From Flavobacteriaceae bacterium (GTDB taxonomy: Bacteria > Bacteroidota > Bacteroidia > Flavobacteriales > Flavobacteriaceae), in assembly GCA_029243385.1 (NCBI GenBank), contig JAQWSC010000008.1, positions 45,612-109,611 on the forward strand: DNA of 64,000 nucleotides, written 5' to 3'. Under the pieces are notes generated by a model that did no database searches, had not been told where the DNA came from, and worked only from the letters and a program-made list of their open reading frames with translations. Position 1 is the stretch's first letter, and every line of letters begins with the position of its first letter. The position numbers and the translations under genes were made by a program. Shown one piece after another: positions 26,176-34,508 of the stretch.

Positions 26176-27950
26176 TACGATATGTATTTATCAATTTTAG
26201 AAATAACCTGAATAGCCAATTGGTAATCACTTTGCATCGCCCCTTCGGTAGTGGGAGCATATCGAGTTAATTCGCAGTGTTCTAACAATTTTATAAAATC
26301 TGCAATAACCGCTTCAGTAACTTGGTGCTTAGCCAACAAAGCTTCTATTTTTTCTTTGCTAAATTCGGCAGTTTCAATAGAAATTTTAGCTTTTAAATAA
26401 TTGTGTAAGGCTCGTTCCAAAGCAATATAAAATGTTTCTTTTTTGGTTAGATTTTTTTTGGCTTCCGACAGGTATTTTTTAGCAAGTCGGTTGGCCTTAC
26501 GAAGCCGAACTCCTCGGGTATCAGCGTTATAATCTTTCTTCTTTCGAACCGCAATAAGTAATACGGGAACTAAAAAAATCGGAAGCAGAAGCCCTAAATA
26601 AAACCATTGCGATTTAAAAAATCCTTTTTTAGAAATCGGCACTAAGGAGGTGTTGAGTTGAATAAACCGAAAACGAGAACCTACCTGTGAAATATTGTTT
26701 TTACTTGGACCAATGGATGTGTTTGAGGGCGAATTGGTTGTGACTTTATTCAACGGACCCTCGGTGACATTTACAATCAATTCTTTGGATTGAAGGGTTT
26801 TGTACTGTTTTGAAATGGGGTCAAAATAGGAAAATGCAATCGGAGGAATGGGATATTTCCCCTGAAACTGCGGCACGAGTGTGTAGGTATCCGATCGAGA
26901 TCCGTTCATCCCCGAAAGGTTGGTTTTTACCGATTCGTTTTGCTCAGGATCGTACTGTTCCAAAGCACTAGGAACTACCAGTTTTGGCAATGAAAATAAT
27001 TTTAGATTTCCCTTACCCGAAACTTTGACTTCGGCTTGTAAGGACTCCGATGCCTTTAGTTCAGATTTGCTGGTACTCACTTTCAAATCAAAGTTTCCGA
27101 CTGCTCCCGAAAAATTGGCAGGTTGGCCTTCTTTGGGAAAAGGACGAACACGAATTGTGCGTTTGCCTGTAGAAAGTGTTTTGGGAACTTGCGTGTAAAT
27201 TCGATTTCTAAAAAAATCCATCCTGTTGGTTGGAACCTCAACCGTTACATCCATGGTTAACGGATCGAGTGATAGTTCTCCCGATTGCTGGGGATAAAGT
27301 ACCATTTTTTTCCAAACAACATAATTGTATGTTTCGTTTTTGTATGTTCCTCGCTGAATTTCCAATCGTGAAATCGGAATGCGATGCGACCAAAAATTAG
27401 TGTACTCCGGGCTCTCTATTTCTCCCAAATTCGAAACATTAACTTTGGGACTAAAATACAGTTTGTAAACTACCGATACTGCCTGATTTATATAAGGTCT
27501 TGAATTCGAAATCTCTGTAACCAAATGAATGTTTTCACTTGCCTGATAATCTATTCCGTTGTTTTGATTTGGGGTGGCTACGGCTTCAGAAACTTCAATG
27601 CGAATGGGAGATGTTTTGTAGGTTTCTCCATCGATTTCTATCGTTGCTTGACCGATTGTTAGTTTTCCTTTTTTGCGCGGAGACAAAAAGTAGCTGTAAC
27701 TTTTAGAGTACGATCGCTTGCCGTTAATCCACGAATTGCTGACCGACTGATTGGGTCCTCCAATCACTCTAAAGTTTTCAAAGGAAGGCGGCGAAAAATT
27801 ATCGCCATCTTGATTCATTTTAAAATCAACTCGCAAACGCTCATTGATTCCCAATGTTTTTTTGCTCACACTGGCCTCAAAAGAAACTTGAGCAAAAGCC
27901 ACGGGGCTTATCAAAAGAATAAAAGCGATATGTTGAAGTAATCTTTTCAT
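26175..27950 (-). CDS. batD: BatD-like oxygen-tolerance protein (secreted Ig-like repeats, C-terminal TM)
   Basis: Signal peptide MKRLLQHIAFILLISPVAFAQ and TM WFYLGLLLPIFLVPVLLIAV near the C-terminus. The track start at 27956 is TTG; the ATG is at 27950. Confidence 0.7.
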   Translation of the reverse strand: MKRLLQHIAFILLISPVAFAQVSFEASVSKKTLGINERLRVDFKMNQDGDNFSPPSFENFRVIGGPNQSVSNSWINGKRSYSKSYSYFLSPRKKGKLTIGQATIEIDGETYKTSPIRIEVSEAVATPNQNNGIDYQASENIHLVTEISNSRPYINQAVSVVYKLYFSPKVNVSNLGEIESPEYTNFWSHRIPISRLEIQRGTYKNETYNYVVWKKMVLYPQQSGELSLDPLTMDVTVEVPTNRMDFFRNRIYTQVPKTLSTGKRTIRVRPFPKEGQPANFSGAVGNFDLKVSTSKSELKASESLQAEVKVSGKGNLKLFSLPKLVVPSALEQYDPEQNESVKTNLSGMNGSRSDTYTLVPQFQGKYPIPPIAFSYFDPISKQYKTLQSKELIVNVTEGPLNKVTTNSPSNTSIGPSKNNISQVGSRFRFIQLNTSLVPISKKGFFKSQWFYLGLLLPIFLVPVLLIAVRKKKDYNADTRGVRLRKANRLAKKYLSEAKKNLTKKETFYIALERALHNYLKAKISIETAEFSKEKIEALLAKHQVTEAVIADFIKLLEHCELTRYAPTTEGAMQSDYQLAIQVISKIDKYIS

Positions 27951-27978
27951 GAACAATTTTTGTCAAGGCGTTGTAAAT

Positions 27979-28797
27979 TTACCAATCTTTTTTGGCTTTG
28001 ACGGGAACCCCTTTTGCTTTTTGAGCATTCACTTTTTCTTGTACGTTTTTTTCTTCATTGGTCATGGCTTCCAATAAGTTTTTTAGTTGCTGAGGAGACA
28101 TCTGAGTGGCGGGTGGAGGCGATTTTTGAGACTCTTCTTCCTCTGGTTTCTCTTCTTTTGAAGTGTCTTTTTCTTTTTGTTTGTCTTCAGAATCGTCCGA
28201 TTTTTCTTTATCCTCTTGATCCTCCCCTTCTTTATTGTCTTTTTCTTGATCTTTTGAATCCTGATCCCCTTCTTTATTTTCGTCTTTTTTCTTATCGTCT
28301 TTAGAGTCCTTATCGTCCTTGTTTTGATCTTGATTCTTTTGCTCGTCTTGTTGTTTTTTTAGAAGCTCTTTTGCCAAAGCGTAATTGTACCGTGTTTGGT
28401 CGTCGTTGGGGTTGTTTCGAAGCGCATTTTTATAGGATTCAACAGCTTTGTCATACTCTTGGGTTTTCATAAAAACATTTCCCATGTTGTGAAATGCGCG
28501 GTGTTTTTCCTCTTTTGTAGTACTTTTTTGAGCCGTTGCTTTGAACTGATAAAAAGCCTCAGCATTGTGATTGTTTTCATACAGTGAGTTTCCTAAATTA
28601 TAGGTTGCAGTTGGATTATCAGGGGTAAGCGAAAGGGATTTTCTATAGGAAGTCTCAGCTTGGATATACTCTTTTTTTGACAATTCCTGATTTCCCTGAT
28701 ACAGAAAATTATCCGATTGTTTTTTTTGGGAAGGCTGTTGTCCAAAAACATGCCCGAAACAAAAAACGGCTATGACGAAAAGAATTTCCTTTTTCAT
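27979..28797 (-). CDS. batC: BatC-like TPR protein with an acidic/lysine-rich low-complexity tail
   Basis: Signal peptide and TPR repeats (YRKSLSLTPDNPTATYNLGNSLY, AVESYKNALRNNPND), followed by about 80 aa rich in K, D, E and Q. Confidence 0.7.
   Translation of the reverse strand: MKKEILFVIAVFCFGHVFGQQPSQKKQSDNFLYQGNQELSKKEYIQAETSYRKSLSLTPDNPTATYNLGNSLYENNHNAEAFYQFKATAQKSTTKEEKHRAFHNMGNVFMKTQEYDKAVESYKNALRNNPNDDQTRYNYALAKELLKKQQDEQKNQDQNKDDKDSKDDKKKDENKEGDQDSKDQEKDNKEGEDQEDKEKSDDSEDKQKEKDTSKEEKPEEEESQKSPPPATQMSPQQLKNLLEAMTNEEKNVQEKVNAQKAKGVPVKAKKDW
28120..28359 (-). repeat. low-complexity K/D/E/Q-rich coding tract inside batC
   Basis: aa 147-226: KKQQDEQKNQDQNKDDKDSKDDKKKDENKEGDQDSKDQEKDNKEGEDQEDKEKSDDSEDKQKEKDTSKEEKPEEEES. 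Confidence 0.8.
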
Positions 28798-29834
28798 TTT
28801 TTTCCTTCATTAAACAAATTAAGATTCTGAATCCATTTTGTTTTTCTTCTAAACAAAAACAAATCCAAAAATATCAAAAAGAGTGCTACGCCCAAAAACC
28901 ATTGAAATTGGTCTTTGTAAGAAACAAATTGTTTGGCCTCAAACTCTTGTTTGTCCATTTGCTGCAAACGTTCTATAATTAATTCAACGGCCTGCTGGGT
29001 GTCTTCTCCAGAAACATAAAGTCCATCTGTGGCATTGGCTAGTTCCTTTAAAGTTTCGGCCTGCAAACGTGTAATCACAACTTCCCCTTGATCGTCTTTT
29101 TTATAACTTTCCACAACGCCTCTTTTTTTGATAGGAATGGGACCGCCTTTTTCGGTTCCTACGCCAATGGCAAAAATAGTAATGCCAAGTTCCAATGCTT
29201 TTTCTGCAACCGCAAGAGCACCCGTTCCGTGATCTTCACCATCCGAAACAATACACAGCACGCGATTGGTTTGGTTTTTATCGTCAAAGTATCCGTTTGC
29301 CAACCCAATGGCTTCTTCTATTGCCGTTCCTTGAGAAGAAAGCATGTTGGTATTGAGTCCTTGTAAAAACATTTTGGCAGCACCAAAATCAGTAGTAATT
29401 GGTAACTGCGGGATTGCCTTGGCGGCATAGGCAATAATCCCAATGCGATCGCTTCTTAGTTGATTGATCGTTTCTGAAACAAGACGTTTTGATTTATCAA
29501 TACGGTTGGGTGCAATATCTTCAGCGAGCATACTCTTAGAAACATCTACCGCAAATACAATATCAACGCCTTCTCGCTTTACGGTTTCTAGTTGAGATCC
29601 TATTTTAGGATTGACCAGAGCAAAGGTTAAAAATAAAAAGGCTAACAAAAAAAAGCTAAACTTAAGCACCTCTTTAAAGGTCGATTTTTCAGGTGTTAAA
29701 ACCGCTAACATGGAAGGCGAAGCAAACTTGCTTTGAGCTCTTTTTTTCCACCATTGAAGCCACAAAAACCCTGTTATCATTACAGGTATTACTGCAAGTA
29801 AGTAAAAATATATGGGCGATTCTAATTGATACAT
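28794..29834 (-). CDS. batB: BatB-like VWA domain membrane protein
   Basis: N-terminal TMs; MIDAS DxSxS in FAVDVSKSM; C-terminal TM. Confidence 0.8.
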   Translation of the reverse strand: MYQLESPIYFYLLAVIPVMITGFLWLQWWKKRAQSKFASPSMLAVLTPEKSTFKEVLKFSFFLLAFLFLTFALVNPKIGSQLETVKREGVDIVFAVDVSKSMLAEDIAPNRIDKSKRLVSETINQLRSDRIGIIAYAAKAIPQLPITTDFGAAKMFLQGLNTNMLSSQGTAIEEAIGLANGYFDDKNQTNRVLCIVSDGEDHGTGALAVAEKALELGITIFAIGVGTEKGGPIPIKKRGVVESYKKDDQGEVVITRLQAETLKELANATDGLYVSGEDTQQAVELIIERLQQMDKQEFEAKQFVSYKDQFQWFLGVALFLIFLDLFLFRRKTKWIQNLNLFNEGKK

Positions 29835-29835
29835 A

Positions 29836-30837
29836 TTAAATAAAACTTTTAAAAAGAGTGCTGCGAAGCAACCATTCTATCACCATTAGTAAGCCAGCAA
29901 TTAGTGCAAAAATCCGAAATTTTTCATCGTAATTGGTGTAACGAAATTCTTCGACATCGCTTTTTTCAAGCTTATTAATTTCCTCATAAATTTCTTCGAG
30001 TTTTTTGTTGTTTGTGGCTCTAAAATATTTTCCTCCTGTTTTTTGGGCAATATCCTTAAGGAGGGCTTCGTCAATTTCTACTTTGGTCATTCCATATTGG
30101 AATTGTCCTCTTTGATTGATTCCAATCGGAGCCAAAGCATTTCCGTTGCTTCCCAAGCCAATGGTATATGTTTTAATCTGAAAACTTTGCGCCAACTCAG
30201 CAGCGGTAAGAGGATTAATAAAGCCCGAATTGTTTACTCCGTCAGTCAAAAGAATAATTACCTTACTAATCGTCTTACTGTCTTTCAATCGGTTTACGGA
30301 TGTGGCCAAGCCCATGCCAATGGCAGTTCCATCGTTAATGACTCCCTCAAAATTAATTTCTCGAATGGCATTTATTACGATGTTTTTATCGCTGGTTATA
30401 GGAGTTTTTGTATAACTCTCTCCAGCATACACAACCAATCCTATGCGGTCGTTGATTCGATCTCCAACAAACTCAGAAGCGACTTTTTTAAGTGCTTCGA
30501 GCCGATTGGGCTTTAGGTCACGGGCTAGCATACTCGACGAAATATCTATCGCCATCAAAATATCAATTCCCTTACTGGTTTTGGTTCGAAAAGAAACATC
30601 CACTTTTTGAGGGCGTGCCAATGCAATAACAAAAAAAGCTATGGCACCCATCCGAAGTAGCCATAAGACGGGTTGTAAACGAGCCGTTAAGGATACATAC
30701 GAAAACCCTTTTAGACTGGAAATTTTAAGGACCGCCGCTTGTTGTTTGCGACTCCACCACAACCAACCAAAAAGTAGTGGCAACAGTAAAAGTAGCCACA
30801 AGAATTCAGGGTTTGCAAATGAGTATGCGTCCAACAT
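29836..30837 (-). CDS. batA: BatA-like VWA domain membrane protein
   Basis: N-terminal TMs; MIDAS DxSxS in MAIDISSSM; C-terminal TM. Confidence 0.8.
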   Translation of the reverse strand: MLDAYSFANPEFLWLLLLLPLLFGWLWWSRKQQAAVLKISSLKGFSYVSLTARLQPVLWLLRMGAIAFFVIALARPQKVDVSFRTKTSKGIDILMAIDISSSMLARDLKPNRLEALKKVASEFVGDRINDRIGLVVYAGESYTKTPITSDKNIVINAIREINFEGVINDGTAIGMGLATSVNRLKDSKTISKVIILLTDGVNNSGFINPLTAAELAQSFQIKTYTIGLGSNGNALAPIGINQRGQFQYGMTKVEIDEALLKDIAQKTGGKYFRATNNKKLEEIYEEINKLEKSDVEEFRYTNYDEKFRIFALIAGLLMVIEWLLRSTLFKSFI

Positions 30838-30838
30838 A

Positions 30839-32425
30839 TTATTCTTCTTTACTAAATTGAATGGAAGCTATAATTCGATCTATAATTCGTTCTGCATATC
30901 GGTCTTCACGATCATATACCATCTGAATTTGTTGATAGCCTCCTTGTTCTACAAAATTTAAAATAACATACGCTCTTCGGATCGAATCCGTTTCTCCGTA
31001 ATCAAAAGACCCATGAACCTTGACTCCTTTGGTTCCGTTGGGTGTCGAAAATTCATCTTGTTTAATCAAAATATTTTTTGCGCCTATTTCTTCATAGTCG
31101 CTCACCGTTTTCTCTACTCTCGATTGCATGTCGAATTCCTTTTCCTCTTTGGGAACTACTTCCACCGATAGTTTGGTATAAAAAGAAGCCTCAAAATGGT
31201 TCATCAAAAATTCTTGCAATGCCGGAGAAGTTGCCTCTTGTCGAATCAAAATTAAAGGTGTTGATAGGGTGGTAGGAATCGCTCCGTACGTACTCGTTGT
31301 CCATTGGTTTTCTAACAACGATTTTGTGGGATGACCAAAAACAGTGTCATGAACGGTGTTAACTCCATAAATTAAAGAAAAAATTCCCCAAGCAATTACC
31401 AAGACTGACACGCTTCCTATCAAAGACCAACGAAGTTGCTTTTTTCGTTTTTCTTTACGAAGTTGTAAAAGGTACTCCTCGTTTTTTCGTAATTCTTCTT
31501 CGGTAGGTTCGGGCAAAGCTTGTTTGGTTTCTTTGACTACAACTTCCAAAACTGCTTTGTCTGCCTGAGCAATCCCAACTCCTGGAGTAGATCGTGCAAA
31601 TTTTACCAAATCTGCCGTTTGAAGTACCGATTTGAAATTGTCGATAGTTTCTTTTTTCAAAGAAAGTTTCCCTGAGTCTTTTAATAGCTCCAGTTTTAAA
31701 ATCAACTCTTTGGTGGTACTTTCCATGGCATCAATCCGAACATCATCTTCTATGTAATTTCGAACAATGTCGGTTAGCTGTGAATAGTATTTTTTGTATT
31801 CAGATTGTTCGTTTAAAGAACTCGCTTCAATAGCCTGAAGTGCGTTGATAGCTCGTTCAAAAGGAGGTATTTCTCGCTTGCGTTCTCGTACTTTTTGCCG
31901 CGTTTTTTTTATTAAAAGATAGCTACCTATCAGTGCCAAAACAACAAACAGACCCCATGCATAGGGTCGCCACCATCCTGTGGTGTTTTTTTGAGTAACC
32001 ACAATGGGTTTAATTTCATAAAATTGCTTAGAAACCGTATCCACCTCAACCGTGGCAACCTCAACCTGAAGAGAATCGACTTGGTATAAAAGTCCGTTTA
32101 CAAAAATACGCTGACGAGGAAGTGTGTATCTTCCCGAATCAAACTGTGTAAGTGCGTACTGACGCACAAAATTATACGATGTCTTGGACTTTATAGTATC
32201 AATATCAAAGGCTTCTACTAGCTCAAAGGGAAGAAAAGTTTGTCCTTCTGGAAACTTGACAGTGGCTGTAGAATCGGCCTCTACACGAATTGTGTAGCGC
32301 ATTTGCTCTCCAATTGTAAGAGAAAGTGTGTCAACCAAAGCCTCAACCTTAGGAGATGTTTGAGCCGCCATAATAAAGGAACCCATTCCCAATATAAAAC
32401 CAAGTATCGATTTCAATTTATCCAC
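30839..32425 (-). CDS. two-TM hypothetical protein of the Bat-type operon (BatD-like N-domain, DUF4381-like helical middle, extra C-terminal domain)
   Basis: GTG start overlaps the DUF58 gene by 8 nt. Signal-like N-terminus; TMs WWRPYAWGLFVVLALIGSYLLI and WSLIGSVSVLVIAWGIFSLIYGV. Confidence 0.6.
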   Translation of the reverse strand: MDKLKSILGFILGMGSFIMAAQTSPKVEALVDTLSLTIGEQMRYTIRVEADSTATVKFPEGQTFLPFELVEAFDIDTIKSKTSYNFVRQYALTQFDSGRYTLPRQRIFVNGLLYQVDSLQVEVATVEVDTVSKQFYEIKPIVVTQKNTTGWWRPYAWGLFVVLALIGSYLLIKKTRQKVRERKREIPPFERAINALQAIEASSLNEQSEYKKYYSQLTDIVRNYIEDDVRIDAMESTTKELILKLELLKDSGKLSLKKETIDNFKSVLQTADLVKFARSTPGVGIAQADKAVLEVVVKETKQALPEPTEEELRKNEEYLLQLRKEKRKKQLRWSLIGSVSVLVIAWGIFSLIYGVNTVHDTVFGHPTKSLLENQWTTSTYGAIPTTLSTPLILIRQEATSPALQEFLMNHFEASFYTKLSVEVVPKEEKEFDMQSRVEKTVSDYEEIGAKNILIKQDEFSTPNGTKGVKVHGSFDYGETDSIRRAYVILNFVEQGGYQQIQMVYDREDRYAERIIDRIIASIQFSKEE

Positions 32426-33284
32426 GTCTTTTAAAATAAGCTAATAGTTTTTTAACATAACTCTCGTCCATTCTGCAGCTGATGGCTCCCGACCCGCTTT
32501 TACTGAAAGACTCTTGAAAATAATCCACACGGTCTTGAAAATAACGAGCATACGAGCGTCGTACTTTTTTGGAAGAGGTGTTGATAAATTGAAACTGTCC
32601 CGTTTCTTGATCTTCCATAGGAACAACTCCCAAATTGGGGATTTGTTCTTCCTGTTTGTCGTAAATACGAATCCCTGTAACGTCGTGTTTTCGTGAAAGA
32701 ATTTTTAATGTTCTTTCGTATGGATCGGCCATAAAATCTGATAGCACAAAAACAATTGCTTTCTTTTTCATCACACCCGAAATAAACTTCATCGCATTTG
32801 AAATGTCTGTTTTTTTACTTTGGGGGTGAAACTCAATCAGCTCTCTAATAATTCGTAAAATGTGTGATTTCCCTTTTTTTGGGGGTATGTACAACTCTAT
32901 TTCATCTGAAAAAAGCACGAGACCTACCTTGTCGTTGTTTTGAAGTGCTGAAAATGCAAGCGTTGCGGAAATTTCGGTTAGGATATTTTTTTTGAATTGT
33001 TCGTCCGTTCCAAACAATTCTGATCCACTTACATCTACCATCAGCATGAGTGTAAGTTCTCGCTCTTCTTCAAAAACTTTGACAAAAGGTTCGTTATAGC
33101 GAGCCGTTACATTCCAATCAATTGCTCGAACGTCGTCTCCATACTGATACTGGCGAACTTCACTAAAAGTCATTCCTCGCCCCTTAAACGTACTGTGATA
33201 TTCGCCTCCAAAAATATGGTTGCTCAATCGTTTCGTTTTGATTTCGATTTTACGAACTTTTTTTAATAATTCTTTTGTATCCAT
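32418..33284 (-). CDS. DUF58 domain protein (VWA-like, MoxR partner)
   Basis: GEYHSTFKGRGMTFSEVRQYQYGDDVRAIDWNVTAR is the typical DUF58 core. Positioned directly after moxR. Confidence 0.8.
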   Translation of the reverse strand: MDTKELLKKVRKIEIKTKRLSNHIFGGEYHSTFKGRGMTFSEVRQYQYGDDVRAIDWNVTARYNEPFVKVFEEERELTLMLMVDVSGSELFGTDEQFKKNILTEISATLAFSALQNNDKVGLVLFSDEIELYIPPKKGKSHILRIIRELIEFHPQSKKTDISNAMKFISGVMKKKAIVFVLSDFMADPYERTLKILSRKHDVTGIRIYDKQEEQIPNLGVVPMEDQETGQFQFINTSSKKVRRSYARYFQDRVDYFQESFSKSGSGAISCRMDESYVKKLLAYFKRRG

Positions 33285-33351
33285 AATAAGGAACGCCCTT
33301 GATAAGGAATTGTTTGTCTTTTGTTAGTTGAATGAAAAATTCAGTTGCTAC

Positions 33352-34353
33352 CTAAGGGACTTCAACCTGATTAACAATCTTGTTAATAATGTCTTCGGTA
33401 GTAACATTTTCAGCTTCTGCCTCGTAGGTAATTCCAATACGGTGTCTGAGTACATCATGAATTACGGCTCTTACATCTTCTGGAATTACATACCCACGGC
33501 GCTTAATAAATGCATAACACTTTGCCGCTAAAGCTAAGTTAATACTTCCCCTTGGAGAGGCTCCAAAATTAATTAGAGGCTTGAGATCTTCCAGGTCGTA
33601 GCGGTCAGGATATCTTGTTGCAAAGACCAAATCAAGAATGTATTTTTCTATTTTTTCATCCATATAAACCTCTTGAACCGCTTTTTGAGCTTTTAGGATT
33701 TGTGAGGTTGTTACAACAGGCTTAATGGTTCCGAAAGAATCATTAATGTTAGCTCTCACAATGAGTTGCTCATCGTTCAGTTTGGGATAATCAATGATTG
33801 TCTTTAACATGAATCGATCTACTTGTGCTTCGGGCAACGGATAGGTTCCTTCTTGTTCTACAGGGTTTTGAGTTGCCATTACTAAAAATGGGGGTGCCAA
33901 AGGAAACGTTTGATCGCCAATGGTTACTTGCTTTTCTTGCATGGCTTCGAGAAGGGCTGACTGTACCTTAGCTGGAGCTCTATTGATCTCATCTGCCAAT
34001 ACAAAGTTGGCAAAAATAGGTCCTTTTTTGATCGTAAAATCATTTTCTTTTACGTTATAAATCATCGTTCCTACTACATCGGCAGGCAACAAATCGGGCG
34101 TAAATTGTATTCTACTAAAACTCCCCTTTACCGCTTTGCTTAAGGTTTTAATTGCTAGTGTTTTCGCCAGTCCTGGAACACCTTCTAACAAAATGTGTCC
34201 TCGACCTAACAACCCTATTAGTAATCGCTCAATCATGTGCTTTTGACCCACAATAACCTTGTTCATTTCAAGAACCAAAAGGTCTATAAAAGCACTTTCT
34301 TTTTCTATCTTTTCATTAATTGCCTTAATGTCTACGGGTTGGTTTTTTTCCAT
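33352..34353 (-). CDS. MoxR family AAA+ ATPase
   Basis: Walker A GVPGLAKT, Walker B VLADEINRAP, and ATQNPVEQEGTYPLPEAQVDRF. Confidence 0.9.
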   Translation of the reverse strand: MEKNQPVDIKAINEKIEKESAFIDLLVLEMNKVIVGQKHMIERLLIGLLGRGHILLEGVPGLAKTLAIKTLSKAVKGSFSRIQFTPDLLPADVVGTMIYNVKENDFTIKKGPIFANFVLADEINRAPAKVQSALLEAMQEKQVTIGDQTFPLAPPFLVMATQNPVEQEGTYPLPEAQVDRFMLKTIIDYPKLNDEQLIVRANINDSFGTIKPVVTTSQILKAQKAVQEVYMDEKIEKYILDLVFATRYPDRYDLEDLKPLINFGASPRGSINLALAAKCYAFIKRRGYVIPEDVRAVIHDVLRHRIGITYEAEAENVTTEDIINKIVNQVEVP

Positions 34354-34473
34354 ATTTAAAAAAAATTATTTTTTGTGAATTTAAACATCCTTTTCAAGGG
34401 CTGCAAATTGAGAAAAAAAATACTAAGATTCTGTTAATAATTGGTTAAAAAAATAATGAAGTCATTACATAAT

Positions 34474-34496
34474 AATTTCATACTTTAAATGAAATT
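34474..34496. promoter_or_regulatory. inverted repeat AATTTCAT-N7-ATGAAATT upstream of the AlbA_2 gene
   Basis: Perfect 8-bp arms ending 13 nt before ATG 34509. Confidence 0.25.
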
Positions 34497-34508
34497 TCTA
34501 CTGATTTT

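Noticed and set aside
28014-28587. Repetitive-looking DNA inside batC, considered as a CRISPR or tandem-repeat array.
   Set aside because: There is no regular repeat-spacer periodicity. It is the purine-rich coding sequence for a K/D/E low-complexity tract in an intact ORF.
30043-30516. 157-aa ORF antisense to batA.
   Set aside because: batA has intact TM and MIDAS motifs on the other strand. The antisense product has no motif or promoter box.
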